A stretch of 64,000 bases of DNA. Source: an uncultured Acidobacteriota bacterium. GTDB lineage: Bacteria > Acidobacteriota > Thermoanaerobaculia > UBA5066 > Gp7-AA6. This document shows positions 8,758 through 18,535 of the stretch, one piece after another. Position numbers and translations under genes: made by a program. Under the pieces are notes generated by a model. That model was not told the DNA's origin. It ran no database searches and worked only from the letters and a program-made list of their open reading frames with translations. The first letter of the stretch is position 1. Each line of letters starts with the position of its first letter. The DNA lies in contig CAVXTP010000008.1 of NCBI GenBank assembly GCA_963764715.1, forward strand, positions 32,432-96,431, in the 5' to 3' direction.

Positions 8758-9810
8758 ATGAAAATCGCGGTGGTTCCCGGCGACGGGATCGGAGTCGACG
8801 TCACGGCCGAGGCGGTCAAGGTCCTCGACCGGGTCGCCCGTTTCCGGGGGCTCGCCTTCGAGCCGGTCTTCTTCCCCTGGAGCGCGGACCACTACCTGAA
8901 GACCGGCGTTTCGATCCCCGAGGGCGGCTTCGACGACTGGGCCCGGAACTACGACGCCGTCTTCATGGGGGCCTTCGGGGACCCGCGCGTGCCGGACATG
9001 AAGCACGCCGCCGACATTCTGCTCGGCGCCCGCTTCCAGCTCGACCTCTACGTCAACTACCGGCCGGTTCGCTGCCTCGACGACCGCCTCTGCCCCTTGA
9101 AGAACTTCGGCGCGCGGGACGTCGATTTCGTCGTCTTTCGCGAGAACACCGAGGGCTCGTACGTCGGGGCGGGCGGCCACCTCAAGAAGGGGACACCGGA
9201 GGAAGTGGCGGTCCAGGAGGACGTCTCGACGCGGCTCGGGGTCGAACGGATCATCCGCTACGCCTTCGAGTTCGCGAAGTCCCGCGGCCGCCGCCGGGTC
9301 GTCATGTCGGACAAGTCGAACGCGATGCGCTTCGTCGGGGACCTCTGGCAGCGGACGTTCGCCGAGGTCGCGAAGGAGTATCCCGGGATCGAGGCGTCTC
9401 ACCTCTACATCGACGCGCTCTGCATGCAGATGGTCAAGGACCCCCGGCAGTTCGACGTCGTCGTGACGAACAACATGTTCGGCGACATCGCGACCGACCT
9501 CGGGGCGGCGCTCCAGGGCGGGCTCGGGATGGCGGCCTCCGGCAACCTCCATCCCGGGCGTGTCTCCATGTTCGAGCCGGTGCACGGCTCCGCGCCGAAG
9601 TACGCCGGCACGGGGAAGGCCAATCCCTTCGGCGCCATCCTCACCGCCGGGCTGCTCCTCGACCACCTCGGCCATGCGGTCGAGGCCGCGGCCGTCGAGG
9701 CCGCCGTGGCCGCGTGCGTGCGGGACGGGCGGGCGACCGCGGACGTCGGCGGGTCCCTCACGACCTCGGCCGCGGGCGACGCGGTCGCCGAGCGCCTCCG
9801 CTTCGACTGA
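8758..9810 (+). CDS. Beta-decarboxylating dehydrogenase (3-isopropylmalate/tartrate dehydrogenase family)
   Basis: PGDGIG, RENTEG, DKSN, NMFGDIATD and FEPVHGSAP motifs. Substrate not determinable by eye. Confidence 0.9.
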   Translation: MKIAVVPGDGIGVDVTAEAVKVLDRVARFRGLAFEPVFFPWSADHYLKTGVSIPEGGFDDWARNYDAVFMGAFGDPRVPDMKHAADILLGARFQLDLYVNYRPVRCLDDRLCPLKNFGARDVDFVVFRENTEGSYVGAGGHLKKGTPEEVAVQEDVSTRLGVERIIRYAFEFAKSRGRRRVVMSDKSNAMRFVGDLWQRTFAEVAKEYPGIEASHLYIDALCMQMVKDPRQFDVVVTNNMFGDIATDLGAALQGGLGMAASGNLHPGRVSMFEPVHGSAPKYAGTGKANPFGAILTAGLLLDHLGHAVEAAAVEAAVAACVRDGRATADVGGSLTTSAAGDAVAERLRFD

Positions 9811-9862
9811 GCCGATCCAGCCCCGGATCGGCTACAATGCGCGGACGAAGGAGAATCCGAAC

Positions 9863-10435
9863 ATGGCTGCTTTTGCGCGCAGATTGCTCGCTGCTTCGGC
9901 CGCCGCTTTCTTCATCCTCTCCGTTTCGACCCTGACCGCTGCGGACACGTTCCTGAGCTCCGACGACGCCAAGGAGAAGGATGAGCCGCAGAAGTTCCTT
10001 CCCGACTACGACAAGCTCGTGAAGGGCAAGGACGCCGACTGGGTCTACTTCCCAAAGGGCAGCCTCAAGTCCTACAAGACGGTCCTGGTCAAGGACTTCG
10101 AGTCCAACGGCCGAGGTCGTGATTCCCGGGACGCCGCCCACGAGGGCCAGCGGTACGCGGAGCAGTGGCTCGAGAAGGAAGGGTTCCAGGTGGTCGAGAA
10201 GGGGGCGGACCTGGTCGTCGAGGGCAACGTTTTCAACGCCTGGGAGCCGAGCGGCGCGGCCCGGTACTGGGGCGGATGGGCGGCCAATCCGGGCGTCGGG
10301 CTCGAACTGCTCATCAAGGACAAGACCGGAGCGGTGGTCGGCGAGCTCCGGCAGAAGGCCAAGGGCTCCACGATCCCCGACGCCGTCGAGAACGGCCTCG
10401 AGGACATGTGCAAGTCAATCGCCAAGGGCAAGTAA
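9863..10435 (+). CDS. Exported hypothetical protein
   Basis: AAGGAG RBS, ATG at 9863, signal peptide MAAFARRLLAASAAAFFILSVSTLTAA, TACAAT upstream. Confidence 0.75.
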   Translation: MAAFARRLLAASAAAFFILSVSTLTAADTFLSSDDAKEKDEPQKFLPDYDKLVKGKDADWVYFPKGSLKSYKTVLVKDFESNGRGRDSRDAAHEGQRYAEQWLEKEGFQVVEKGADLVVEGNVFNAWEPSGAARYWGGWAANPGVGLELLIKDKTGAVVGELRQKAKGSTIPDAVENGLEDMCKSIAKGK

Positions 10436-10488
10436 AGGGCCTTCGTTTCGGACGCTAAGGCATTGCCTTTCAACAACTTGAGCCGTAT

Positions 10489-10523
10489 CGGCGGGGCCCG
10501 GTCGCAAGGCCGGGCCTTCGTCG
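10489..10523 (+). terminator. GC-rich hairpin with GCAA loop, possible terminator or pause
   Basis: CGGCGGGGCCCGG-TCGCAAGG-CCGGGCCTTCGTCG, with no strong U tract. Confidence 0.35.
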
Positions 10524-10556
10524 TGGTACCGTTTACCGCCTCAAGGAGCAGCGCCG

Positions 10557-11558
10557 ATTTCTGAACCCAGCCACGCCGTAACCCTCCCCGAAACCGGACT
10601 GACCGCGCTCTTCGGAATCGCCGACGAAAACCTGCGGGCCATCGAGAACGCCTTCGGCGTTCGGCTCCAGGCTCGCGGCAGCGAGATCGCGGTCGTCGGG
10701 GGCGAGGCCTCGGCCCAGGACGCCGCCCGCCGGCTTCTGGCGGGCCTTTCCGACCTTCTGGCCGGGGGGTTCCCCCTGCGCGGCGGAGACGTCGCGACCG
10801 CGATCCGGGTCGCCCGGGAGGACCCGACCGTCTCCCTGGCGGAGTTCTTCACCGACAGCCCGTTCGGGCCGACGCTCAAGTCGGTCGTCACCGTCCGCAA
10901 CATCAAGCAGCGGCTCTACGTCCAGACGATCGACCGGCACGACCTCGTGTTCGCGATCGGCCCCGCCGGCACCGGCAAGACGTACCTCGCCGTCGCGATG
11001 GCGGCCGCGGCCCTCCTCGAAAAGAAGGTCAAGCGGATCGTGCTCGCGCGGCCGGCCGTCGAAGCCGGGGAGCGCCTCGGGTTCCTGCCCGGAGACCTCG
11101 TCGAAAAGGTCAACCCGTACCTGCGCCCGCTCTACGACGCGCTCTACGACATCCTCGGCTACGAGCGCACCGCCAAGCTCCTCGAGCGCGGCATCATCGA
11201 GGTGGCGCCGATCGCCTTCATGCGCGGCCGGACGCTCAACGACGCCTTCATCATCCTCGACGAGGCGCAGAACACGACGCCCGAGCAGATGAAGATGGTC
11301 CTGACCCGCATCGGATTCGGATCGAAGGCGGTCGTGACGGGCGACATCACGCAGATCGACCTTCCCCAGGGCAAGATGTCGGGCCTGCGCGAGGCGCAGC
11401 AGGTCCTCTCGAAGATCGAGGGGATCAAGTTCGTCCTGTTCGACGAGCGCGACGTGGTTCGCCACGCCCTCGTGCAGTCGATCATCACGGCCTACGAAAC
11501 GCTCGACCGCGAGCGTGAAGCCGCCGCCGGCAACGGCCGGCCCGCTTCCGCCCGCTGA
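10557..11558 (+). CDS. phoH: PhoH-family ATPase (YbeZ-like), probable ATT start
   Basis: GPAGTGKT, RPAVEAGE.LGFLPG, MRGRT and DEAQN motifs. The frame stays open upstream of the track ORF with a typical LFG..DENLRAIE N-terminus. AAGGAG lies 8 nt before ATT at 10557. Confidence 0.9.
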   Translation: MSEPSHAVTLPETGLTALFGIADENLRAIENAFGVRLQARGSEIAVVGGEASAQDAARRLLAGLSDLLAGGFPLRGGDVATAIRVAREDPTVSLAEFFTDSPFGPTLKSVVTVRNIKQRLYVQTIDRHDLVFAIGPAGTGKTYLAVAMAAAALLEKKVKRIVLARPAVEAGERLGFLPGDLVEKVNPYLRPLYDALYDILGYERTAKLLERGIIEVAPIAFMRGRTLNDAFIILDEAQNTTPEQMKMVLTRIGFGSKAVVTGDITQIDLPQGKMSGLREAQQVLSKIEGIKFVLFDERDVVRHALVQSIITAYETLDREREAAAGNGRPASAR

Positions 11559-11566
11559 GGACGTCG

Positions 11567-13876
11567 ATGGCGGACGAAGCGCCCGAGGGGCGCACGAAGA
11601 CCCATTTCGGCCGCCCGGCCGCGCCGGCCGGCGACGGGGCGCCGCCGCCGCGCCGGGAGCTCCGCCCGTGGCTCTGGGCCATCGCCTACGTGCTCGTGAC
11701 GACGCTGGCGTTCTCGCCGACGCCGTCCTTCCGCGACTCGCCGGTCACGCCCGGCATGGTCGCTCCGCGCGACGTCGTGGCGCCCCGGGACCTGATCGTT
11801 CCGGACCCGGATGCGACCGCGCGGCGCCGGGCCGAGGCGTCGGCCGAGGTCCTGCCGCTGTACGAGTCCGACGCCACGGCGGCGGCCCGGTTCGAGGAAG
11901 AGCTGCGCGCGGCCTTCGGCCGGGCGCGGCCGGCCGTCTCGAAGTCCCGAGTCCGCGGCGCCGTCACGCCCGAGCTCCGCGACGCCTTCACGCTCCCGAT
12001 CGGCGACGAGGCCCTCGCGGCCCTCGCGCGCCAGGGCTTCTCGAAGGACCTCGAAGACCGCTTCGTCGCGATCGGCCTCGACCTCTACCGGACCGGCGTT
12101 GCGGACCATCGGGACCTGCCGCCCGAGGGCCGCGGCCGCGGCCTCGCGGTGCGCGACAGCTCCTCGGGGCGGGAGACGCGGCGGCGCGAAGCCGGGGCGG
12201 TCGAGTACGGCAGCGAGACCCGTGCCGCGGTGGCCGCGCGCCTCGCGGACACGCCGCTCTCGGTCCGCGAACGGGCCGAGGTCGCGGCCTTCCTGACCGC
12301 GGTCCTCCGGCCCAACCTGACCTACGACGGCAGCCTGACGGCGTCGCGCCGCGAGGCGGCCGCGCGCTCGGTCGAGAGCGTCTTCACCCGCATCCCGCGC
12401 GGGAAGGTGATCGTGCGGCGGGGCGACGAGGTGACGGCGCGGGCGGCCCAGTGGATCGCGGCGGTCCGGGCCTCCGCCTCGGACCCGTCCTCGTGGGTCA
12501 AGGTGACCGGCGTCCTGATCCTGCAGGTGCTGGCGGCGGCGGCCTACTGGCTGGACGCCCGGCGGCAGCGGCGCCGCAAGCGCGAGCGCTCGACGTCGGT
12601 CGTGTTCGGCTCGGTGCTCGCGACGGGCATCCTGTTCGCGCTCGTGACGCGCGGCGGCTTCGCGCTGGCGCAGGCCCTCTCGCCCTCGCTCGAAGGGGCC
12701 TCCGGGGCCGTGAACTACGCGATTCCGTTCGCCGCCGGCCCGATCGTCGTCAGCCTCGTGGCGGGCATGGGGCCCGCCCTCCTCGTGGCGCTCGTCCACG
12801 CCGTCGGGGCGGGCGTGCTCATGGGCCTGTCGTTTCCGTTCGCGCTCTTCTCGGTCGTCGGATCGCTCGCCGGCATCTACGGGCTCGGCAAGGTGCGGGC
12901 GCGCAGCGTCCTCCTCGCGATGGGGGGCATGGTCGCGGCCGGCAACCTCGTGGCGATCGCCGCGATCCACTTCCTCTCGGCCGGGCCGTGGGGCTGGGAG
13001 TTTCTCTACGACGCGCTCGCGGGGATCGGCGGCGGCCTGACGGTCGCGATGGTCGTCGGGCTCTTCCTGCCGATCTTCGAGCACCTGTTCTCGGTGGTCA
13101 CGGACATCCGCCTGCTCGAGCTCTCGAACCAGAACCTGACGCTGCTGCGCAACCTCGCCCTCGAGGCGCCGGGCACGTACCAGCACTCGCTGATGCTCGG
13201 CCACCTCGCCGAGGCCGCCGCCGAGGCGATCGGCGCCGATTCCCTGCTCGCGCGGGTCTCGGGCTATTACCACGACATCGGCAAGACGAAAATGCCGGAC
13301 TACTTCATCGAGAACCAGTCCAAGGGGTTCAACCGGCACGACCGCCTGGAGCCGTCGATGTCGGCCCTGATCATCGCCGCGCACGTCAAGGAAGGCGTCG
13401 AGATGGGGAAAAAGGCGCGGCTGCCGGAGCCCATCGTGACGGCGATCCGCGAGCACCACGGCACCAAGCTGATCCGTTACTTCTACCAGAAGGCCCTGAC
13501 GCGGCACGACCCCGCCCAGGGTCCGGTGCAGGAGACCGAGTACCGTTACCCGGGGCCCAAGCCCTCGACCCGGATCCTCGGGATCCTGATGATCGCCGAC
13601 GCCGTGGAGGCCGCCTCGCGGACGCTGCTCGAGCCCACGCCGGCCAAGATCCGCGCGATGATCCAGACGATCGTCGACGACTGCCTGCGCGACGGGCAGT
13701 TCGACGCGTGCGACCTGACCATGCGCGACCTCGCGATGATCGTCGACGCGCTCGAGCGGACCGTCACGACGGTCTTCCACCACCGCATCGACTACCCCGG
13801 CTTCGACTTCAACCGCGAGAAGGCGCGCCGGCGCACGGGCGCCGTCTCGGAGGCCGCCGGGCCGAGGGCCGTCTGA
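11567..13876 (+). CDS. 7TM-HD membrane phosphohydrolase (PgpH/YqfF-like)
   Basis: Extracytoplasmic domain, TM bundle, then EAPGTYQHS, YYHDIGK, EHHGT and ADAVEAASR. Confidence 0.9.
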   Translation: MADEAPEGRTKTHFGRPAAPAGDGAPPPRRELRPWLWAIAYVLVTTLAFSPTPSFRDSPVTPGMVAPRDVVAPRDLIVPDPDATARRRAEASAEVLPLYESDATAAARFEEELRAAFGRARPAVSKSRVRGAVTPELRDAFTLPIGDEALAALARQGFSKDLEDRFVAIGLDLYRTGVADHRDLPPEGRGRGLAVRDSSSGRETRRREAGAVEYGSETRAAVAARLADTPLSVRERAEVAAFLTAVLRPNLTYDGSLTASRREAAARSVESVFTRIPRGKVIVRRGDEVTARAAQWIAAVRASASDPSSWVKVTGVLILQVLAAAAYWLDARRQRRRKRERSTSVVFGSVLATGILFALVTRGGFALAQALSPSLEGASGAVNYAIPFAAGPIVVSLVAGMGPALLVALVHAVGAGVLMGLSFPFALFSVVGSLAGIYGLGKVRARSVLLAMGGMVAAGNLVAIAAIHFLSAGPWGWEFLYDALAGIGGGLTVAMVVGLFLPIFEHLFSVVTDIRLLELSNQNLTLLRNLALEAPGTYQHSLMLGHLAEAAAEAIGADSLLARVSGYYHDIGKTKMPDYFIENQSKGFNRHDRLEPSMSALIIAAHVKEGVEMGKKARLPEPIVTAIREHHGTKLIRYFYQKALTRHDPAQGPVQETEYRYPGPKPSTRILGILMIADAVEAASRTLLEPTPAKIRAMIQTIVDDCLRDGQFDACDLTMRDLAMIVDALERTVTTVFHHRIDYPGFDFNREKARRRTGAVSEAAGPRAV

Positions 13877-14337
13877 TGCGGGTCGACGTCCAGACCCGGG
13901 CGGCCGGAGCGCCGCCGGCCGCGCGCGTCCGGAGCGTGCTCGCCCGCGCGGCCCGCGCGGCCCGCGCGAAAGGGACGGAGGTCTCGGTGCTGTTCTGCGC
14001 CGACGGGCGCATGCGCACGCTCAACCGGCGCTACCGCGCGAAGGACCGGTCGACCGACGTGCTCGCCTTTCCGGCGGGCGACGCGGCCCGGGGGTTCCTC
14101 GGCGATATCGTCATCTCCGTGCCGTACGCGGAGCGGGAGGCCCGGCGCCGCGCCGAGCCCCGGGCGCGGGAGATCGACCGCCTGCTCGTCCACGGTCTTC
14201 TCCACCTGATCGGCTACGACCACGAGACGGACGAAGGCCAGATGGACGCCCTCGAGGGCCGGGTCCGGCGCCGGCTCGGGATCGTGGACGCGGCTCCGCG
14301 GCCGGCGACCCGCGGGCGGGGGCGGGGGGCGCGATGA
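13876..14337 (+). CDS. ybeY: rRNA maturation factor YbeY
   Basis: LNRRYRAKDRSTDVLAF, LGDIVIS and HGLLHLIGYDH. ATG overlaps the upstream stop. Confidence 0.95.
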   Translation: MRVDVQTRAAGAPPAARVRSVLARAARAARAKGTEVSVLFCADGRMRTLNRRYRAKDRSTDVLAFPAGDAARGFLGDIVISVPYAEREARRRAEPRAREIDRLLVHGLLHLIGYDHETDEGQMDALEGRVRRRLGIVDAAPRPATRGRGRGAR

Positions 14338-15587
14338 TCTCCTTCGTCACCGCCGCGTTCTGCTACGCCGCGTTTTTCCTCTTCGAGACGTTCGCGCTCG
14401 CCCTCGACCGGCTTTCGCCGATCAAGGTCCGGGGGCTCCTCGAGGAGCACCCGGAGCGCGCGCGCCTGCTTTCCGGCGCGGGGCAGGTCGAGATCGTCCG
14501 GACCACGACGAAGGTCCTGGTGCAGGCCCTGCTTCTCGCGGGCCTGCTGACGACCGTCTCGGCGCTCGAGGCCTTCGAGGTCCCGCGCCCGTGGCTCTGG
14601 GGCGGCATCTTCTTCGTCACCGGCTGGCTCCTGACGGAGATCGCGCTGCTGCGCCGCGACGCCAACCGCGACCCCGAGAAGATCGTGGCCCGCCTCCTGC
14701 CGCTCATCACCGCGGCATCGTGGTTCCTGCTCCCGATCGCCTTCCTGATCCGGCGGATCTTCGCGGGCCGGGCCCAGGCGACCGAGAAGCCCCCCGAGGC
14801 CACCGAACAGGAGGTCCGCGCCTACATCGACGTCGGCCGGCAGGAGGGGATCCTCGAGAAGGACGAGGAGCGGCTCTTGCTCTCGATCGTGGATTTCGGC
14901 GACACCCGCGTGCGCGAGGTCATGACGCCGCGGACCGACGTCGTGTGGATCGACGCGGCCGCGTCGACGACCGTGCTCTTCGACCTGTTCGTCGAGTCCA
15001 AGTACTCCCGCATCCCGGTCGTCCGGGGCTCGATCGACACGGTGGTCGGCGTCGTCCACGTCAAGGACGCCCTCCAGGTCCTGCGCGCCGGGGCGAACCG
15101 GTCGATCCCCGACCTGATGCGCGAGGCCTACTTCGTGCCCGAGACGAAGAAGGTGTCGGAGCTCCTGCGCGAGTTCCAGCGCCGCCACCTCTGGATGGCG
15201 ATCGTCGTCGACGAGTACGGGGGAGTGTCGGGGCTCGTCACCGTCGAGGACCTCCTCGAGGAGATCGTCGGCGAGATCTCCGACGAGCACGAGGACGAGC
15301 GCGAGCCGGTGTCCCGCGTCGGCGAGAGCGTCTACTCGGTCTCCGGCAAGGCCAACATCGAGGTCATCCGCGATCTCTTCGGCCGCGGCCCGGAGGAGGA
15401 GGAGTTCACGACGATCGGCGGGTTCCTCGCGAGCCGCCTCGGCCACATCCCCAAGCCCGGCGAAACCCACTCCGAGTCGGACCTGAAGTTCACCGTCGAG
15501 GAAGCGGACCGGCGGCGGGTCTACCGCGTCCGGATCGAGCCGGTCGGCGCCGCCGTGGCCCATCCGGCGGTGGCCAAGAAGGCCTAG
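14334..15587 (+). CDS. CNNM/CBS/CorC-HlyC family membrane protein
   Basis: N-terminal TMs, [40 protein letters not shown], and a CorC tail. Confidence 0.9.
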   Translation: MISFVTAAFCYAAFFLFETFALALDRLSPIKVRGLLEEHPERARLLSGAGQVEIVRTTTKVLVQALLLAGLLTTVSALEAFEVPRPWLWGGIFFVTGWLLTEIALLRRDANRDPEKIVARLLPLITAASWFLLPIAFLIRRIFAGRAQATEKPPEATEQEVRAYIDVGRQEGILEKDEERLLLSIVDFGDTRVREVMTPRTDVVWIDAAASTTVLFDLFVESKYSRIPVVRGSIDTVVGVVHVKDALQVLRAGANRSIPDLMREAYFVPETKKVSELLREFQRRHLWMAIVVDEYGGVSGLVTVEDLLEEIVGEISDEHEDEREPVSRVGESVYSVSGKANIEVIRDLFGRGPEEEEFTTIGGFLASRLGHIPKPGETHSESDLKFTVEEADRRRVYRVRIEPVGAAVAHPAVAKKA

Positions 15588-15601
15588 GCGGGCCCCCGGG
15601 C

Positions 15602-16495
15602 GTGTTTCGCGCCGGCTCCGTCGCGGTCGTCGGCCGCCCCAACGCCGGCAAGTCCACCCTCGTCAACGCCCTCGTGGGCGAGAAGGTGGCGATCGTCTCG
15701 GACAAGCCGCAGACGACGCGCAAGCGCATCCTGGGCGTGGCGCGCCGGCCCGGCGCCGAGATCGCGCTCTTCGACACCCCCGGCATCCACAAGCCCGAGT
15801 ACCGGATGAACGCCGCCATGGTGCGGGACGCGACCGACGCCCTCGCCTCGGCCGACCGCGTGCTCTTCGTCGTCGACGCCGCGGCGGAGCGGGGGCCGGG
15901 GGAGAGGTTCATCCTCGACCTGATCGCGCGGGCCGGGGTGCCGGCGATCCTGGCGCTCAACAAGATCGACCGGATCCGCAAGGAGACGCTCCTGCCCCTG
16001 ACGGCCGAGCTCTCGCAGCGCCACGCCTTCGCCGCGGTCGTGCCCGTGTCCGCCCGGACGGGCGAGAACGTCGACCGCCTCTTCGAGGTCCTGGCGGAGA
16101 GCCTGCCGGAAGGCGCTCCGGCCTACCCGGACGACTTCCTGACGTCGACGCCCGAGACCGAGTGGATCGGGGAGGTCATCCGCGAGAAGCTGCTCGAGCG
16201 CACGCGGGACGAGCTCCCGTTCGCCCACGCCGTCGTCATCGAGTCGGTCCGCGAAGCGGAAGACCGGGGCATCACCGTCGTGACGGCCTCGATCGTGGTC
16301 GAGCGGGAGGGACAGAAGGGCATCGTCGTCGGCAAGGGCGGCTCGATGATCCGCGAGATCGGCCGGGCCGCGCGCGAGGAGCTCGAGGAGCAGCTCGGCT
16401 GCCGCCTGTACCTGGAGTTGACCGTCCGCGTGAAGGCCGACTGGCGCAACGACGAAGGCTTTCTGTCGCGGCTGCGCGGGGGGCCGGGGACGTAG
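15602..16495 (+). CDS. era: GTPase Era
   Basis: GRPNAGKST, KPQTTR, DTPG, NKID and the KH-domain VGKGG motif. GTG at 15602. Confidence 0.95.
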   Translation: MFRAGSVAVVGRPNAGKSTLVNALVGEKVAIVSDKPQTTRKRILGVARRPGAEIALFDTPGIHKPEYRMNAAMVRDATDALASADRVLFVVDAAAERGPGERFILDLIARAGVPAILALNKIDRIRKETLLPLTAELSQRHAFAAVVPVSARTGENVDRLFEVLAESLPEGAPAYPDDFLTSTPETEWIGEVIREKLLERTRDELPFAHAVVIESVREAEDRGITVVTASIVVEREGQKGIVVGKGGSMIREIGRAAREELEEQLGCRLYLELTVRVKADWRNDEGFLSRLRGGPGT

Positions 16496-16529
16496 GAGCG
16501 GCGGCGGAAACCGCGGGCGCGGCGGCGGC

Positions 16530-18431
16530 TTATTCGCGGATGCGGGTGCGGACGCGCTCGGCGAGATCGTGGAGCGACTCGGCGAGGTTTTCGCGCAGGC
16601 GTTCCATCTCCGCGAAGAGCATCGCGTCGGACTCGTGGCGGCGGACCCGGTCCTCGAGCAGCGGCGCGATCTGCGAGCGGATGTCTTCGGCCTCGCGGCG
16701 GCCTTGCTGGGTCTTTTCCTCGAAGGTCGACGCCAGCTCGTGATGCTCGCGCAGCACCGACTCGACGCGGCCCTCGAGCTCCGGCAGCCTCGCGGCGAGG
16801 TCCCGCAGCGCCGAGAGCTCGCCTTCGAGCGACGGCACCCGCTCGGCCACCTGCGCCACGGCGCCGAGCCGCTCGTCCGAGGCGCCGAGCCGGCCGAGGG
16901 CCTCCGCGAGCTCGCGCTCGAGGGCCTGGCCGCGCTCGGTCAGGCCGCGGAGGGCCATGCCCACGTCGTCGGCGTCCTTGCGCTGCCGGCCGGTCTCCCC
17001 GCGCATGCGCTCGTCGAGCTCCGCGAGGGCGGACTCGAGGCGCCGCAGGCCGGACTCGAGGTCCGCCGCGCGGCTCGAGGCGGCTTCGGCCGGGGCGAGG
17101 CGCTCGAGGGCGGACGCGAGGGCCTCCTGCAGGCTGCCGACTCCCCGCTCGACCGCCGCGAGGCGCTCCGCCAGCGCCCCGACGTGCTCGCTCGCGGCCG
17201 CGATGCGGTCCTGGATCGAGGCCACGGTGAGCGCCTGGCGCTCGGCCGCCTCGCGTTCCCGCGCGGCGTTCGCGTCGGAGTCCCGCAGGCGCTGCTCGAG
17301 CACGTCGATCCGGGAGTCCTGAGCGGCCTCGGCGGCGAGGAAGGCCGGCTCGTCGGCCGGCTCCTCGAGCGGCGCAACGGCCGGGGCGTGGCCCGGGGGC
17401 GCCGGAATGTCGATCTCGATCTCGTCCGCCGCCGAGAGGATCTCCGGCGTCTCGTCGTCGCGGGCCGGCTCGCCGGCCGCAAGGGCCTCGTCGTCGTCGT
17501 CCGAGGGAATCTGGATCTCGACCGGCACCGCCTGCATCTGGATGGTCGACGCCGGGTTCGCGGGCTCGCCCGGCTCGGGCGGCGCCGCGGCCTGCGGCGG
17601 CTCGGGCACCGAGTAGGGCGAGGCGGCTTCGTCGTCGAGGACGCCCCGGCCGAGCTCGGTCGTGTCGAAGGGGGCCTCGTCCGGGTCGCGCGGCACGAGC
17701 GACAGCGGCCGGGACGGTCGCGGAATCGCCGGCTGCGACTCGCGCTTCAGGAGCGAGTCCTTCCACGTCTGCAGATCGTCTTCGCGTGCGGCGTCGGCCG
17801 CGGCGCGGGCCGCGCTCTCCTCCTCGTCCTCGGCGCGCCGGCCCTGCAGACGCCTCAGGAGATCGACGAACGTGAGCTTGGAGATCAGCTTGAAGGTCTC
17901 GGTGACGCCGCGGCCCGCCGAGGCCACGGCCTCGACGAACGGATAGGCCGAGAGGCCCAGGGCCTCCTGCATCGCGTCGACCGCGAGGATGTCGGCGAGA
18001 TCGCGCTTGTTGTACTGGACGACGACCGGGATGCTCTCGAAGTTGACCGCGTTGACCTTGAGGTTGTCCTTGAGGTTCTGCCAGGCCTCGAGGTTCTTGG
18101 GGAGCATGGTCCACTGCGAGTCGGCCACGAAGACGATGCCGTCGACGCCCTTCAACACGACGCGCCGCGTCTCGTTGAACGCCGTCTGGCCCGGGACGGT
18201 CGCGAGCTGGAAGCGGATCTTGTAGCCCTTGATGTCGCCGAGCTCGACCGGGAGAAGGTCGAAGTAGATCGTCCGGTCGGTCTGGGTCTGGAGGTTCAGG
18301 AGCTTGCCCGCGGTCCCGGGCTCGAGGCGGTCGTGGAGGACCTTCAGGTTGGTGGTCTTCCCGCAGAGGCCGGGACCGTAATACACGATCTTGGCCGTCA
18401 GCTCCCGGGTGGCTGCGTTGTAGATGACCAT
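16530..18431 (-). CDS. MglA-like small GTPase fused to an acidic linker and a long coiled coil
   Basis: KIVYYGPGLCGKTTNL, DRTIYFD, TVPGQ, GVDGIVFVADS and NKRD. E/D/P/A-rich linker and heptad-rich C-terminus. Confidence 0.85.
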   Translation of the reverse strand: MVIYNAATRELTAKIVYYGPGLCGKTTNLKVLHDRLEPGTAGKLLNLQTQTDRTIYFDLLPVELGDIKGYKIRFQLATVPGQTAFNETRRVVLKGVDGIVFVADSQWTMLPKNLEAWQNLKDNLKVNAVNFESIPVVVQYNKRDLADILAVDAMQEALGLSAYPFVEAVASAGRGVTETFKLISKLTFVDLLRRLQGRRAEDEEESAARAAADAAREDDLQTWKDSLLKRESQPAIPRPSRPLSLVPRDPDEAPFDTTELGRGVLDDEAASPYSVPEPPQAAAPPEPGEPANPASTIQMQAVPVEIQIPSDDDDEALAAGEPARDDETPEILSAADEIEIDIPAPPGHAPAVAPLEEPADEPAFLAAEAAQDSRIDVLEQRLRDSDANAAREREAAERQALTVASIQDRIAAASEHVGALAERLAAVERGVGSLQEALASALERLAPAEAASSRAADLESGLRRLESALAELDERMRGETGRQRKDADDVGMALRGLTERGQALERELAEALGRLGASDERLGAVAQVAERVPSLEGELSALRDLAARLPELEGRVESVLREHHELASTFEEKTQQGRREAEDIRSQIAPLLEDRVRRHESDAMLFAEMERLRENLAESLHDLAERVRTRIRE

Positions 18432-18535
18432 GGTTCGGTGTTGTGGCGTTCATTTTAACGCCGTTTCGGCGCGCCGGCGCAGGTTTTCCGCCCGTTCTTG
18501 ACGGGGCCGGACCGACCCCATAGACTCGCGCGGAT

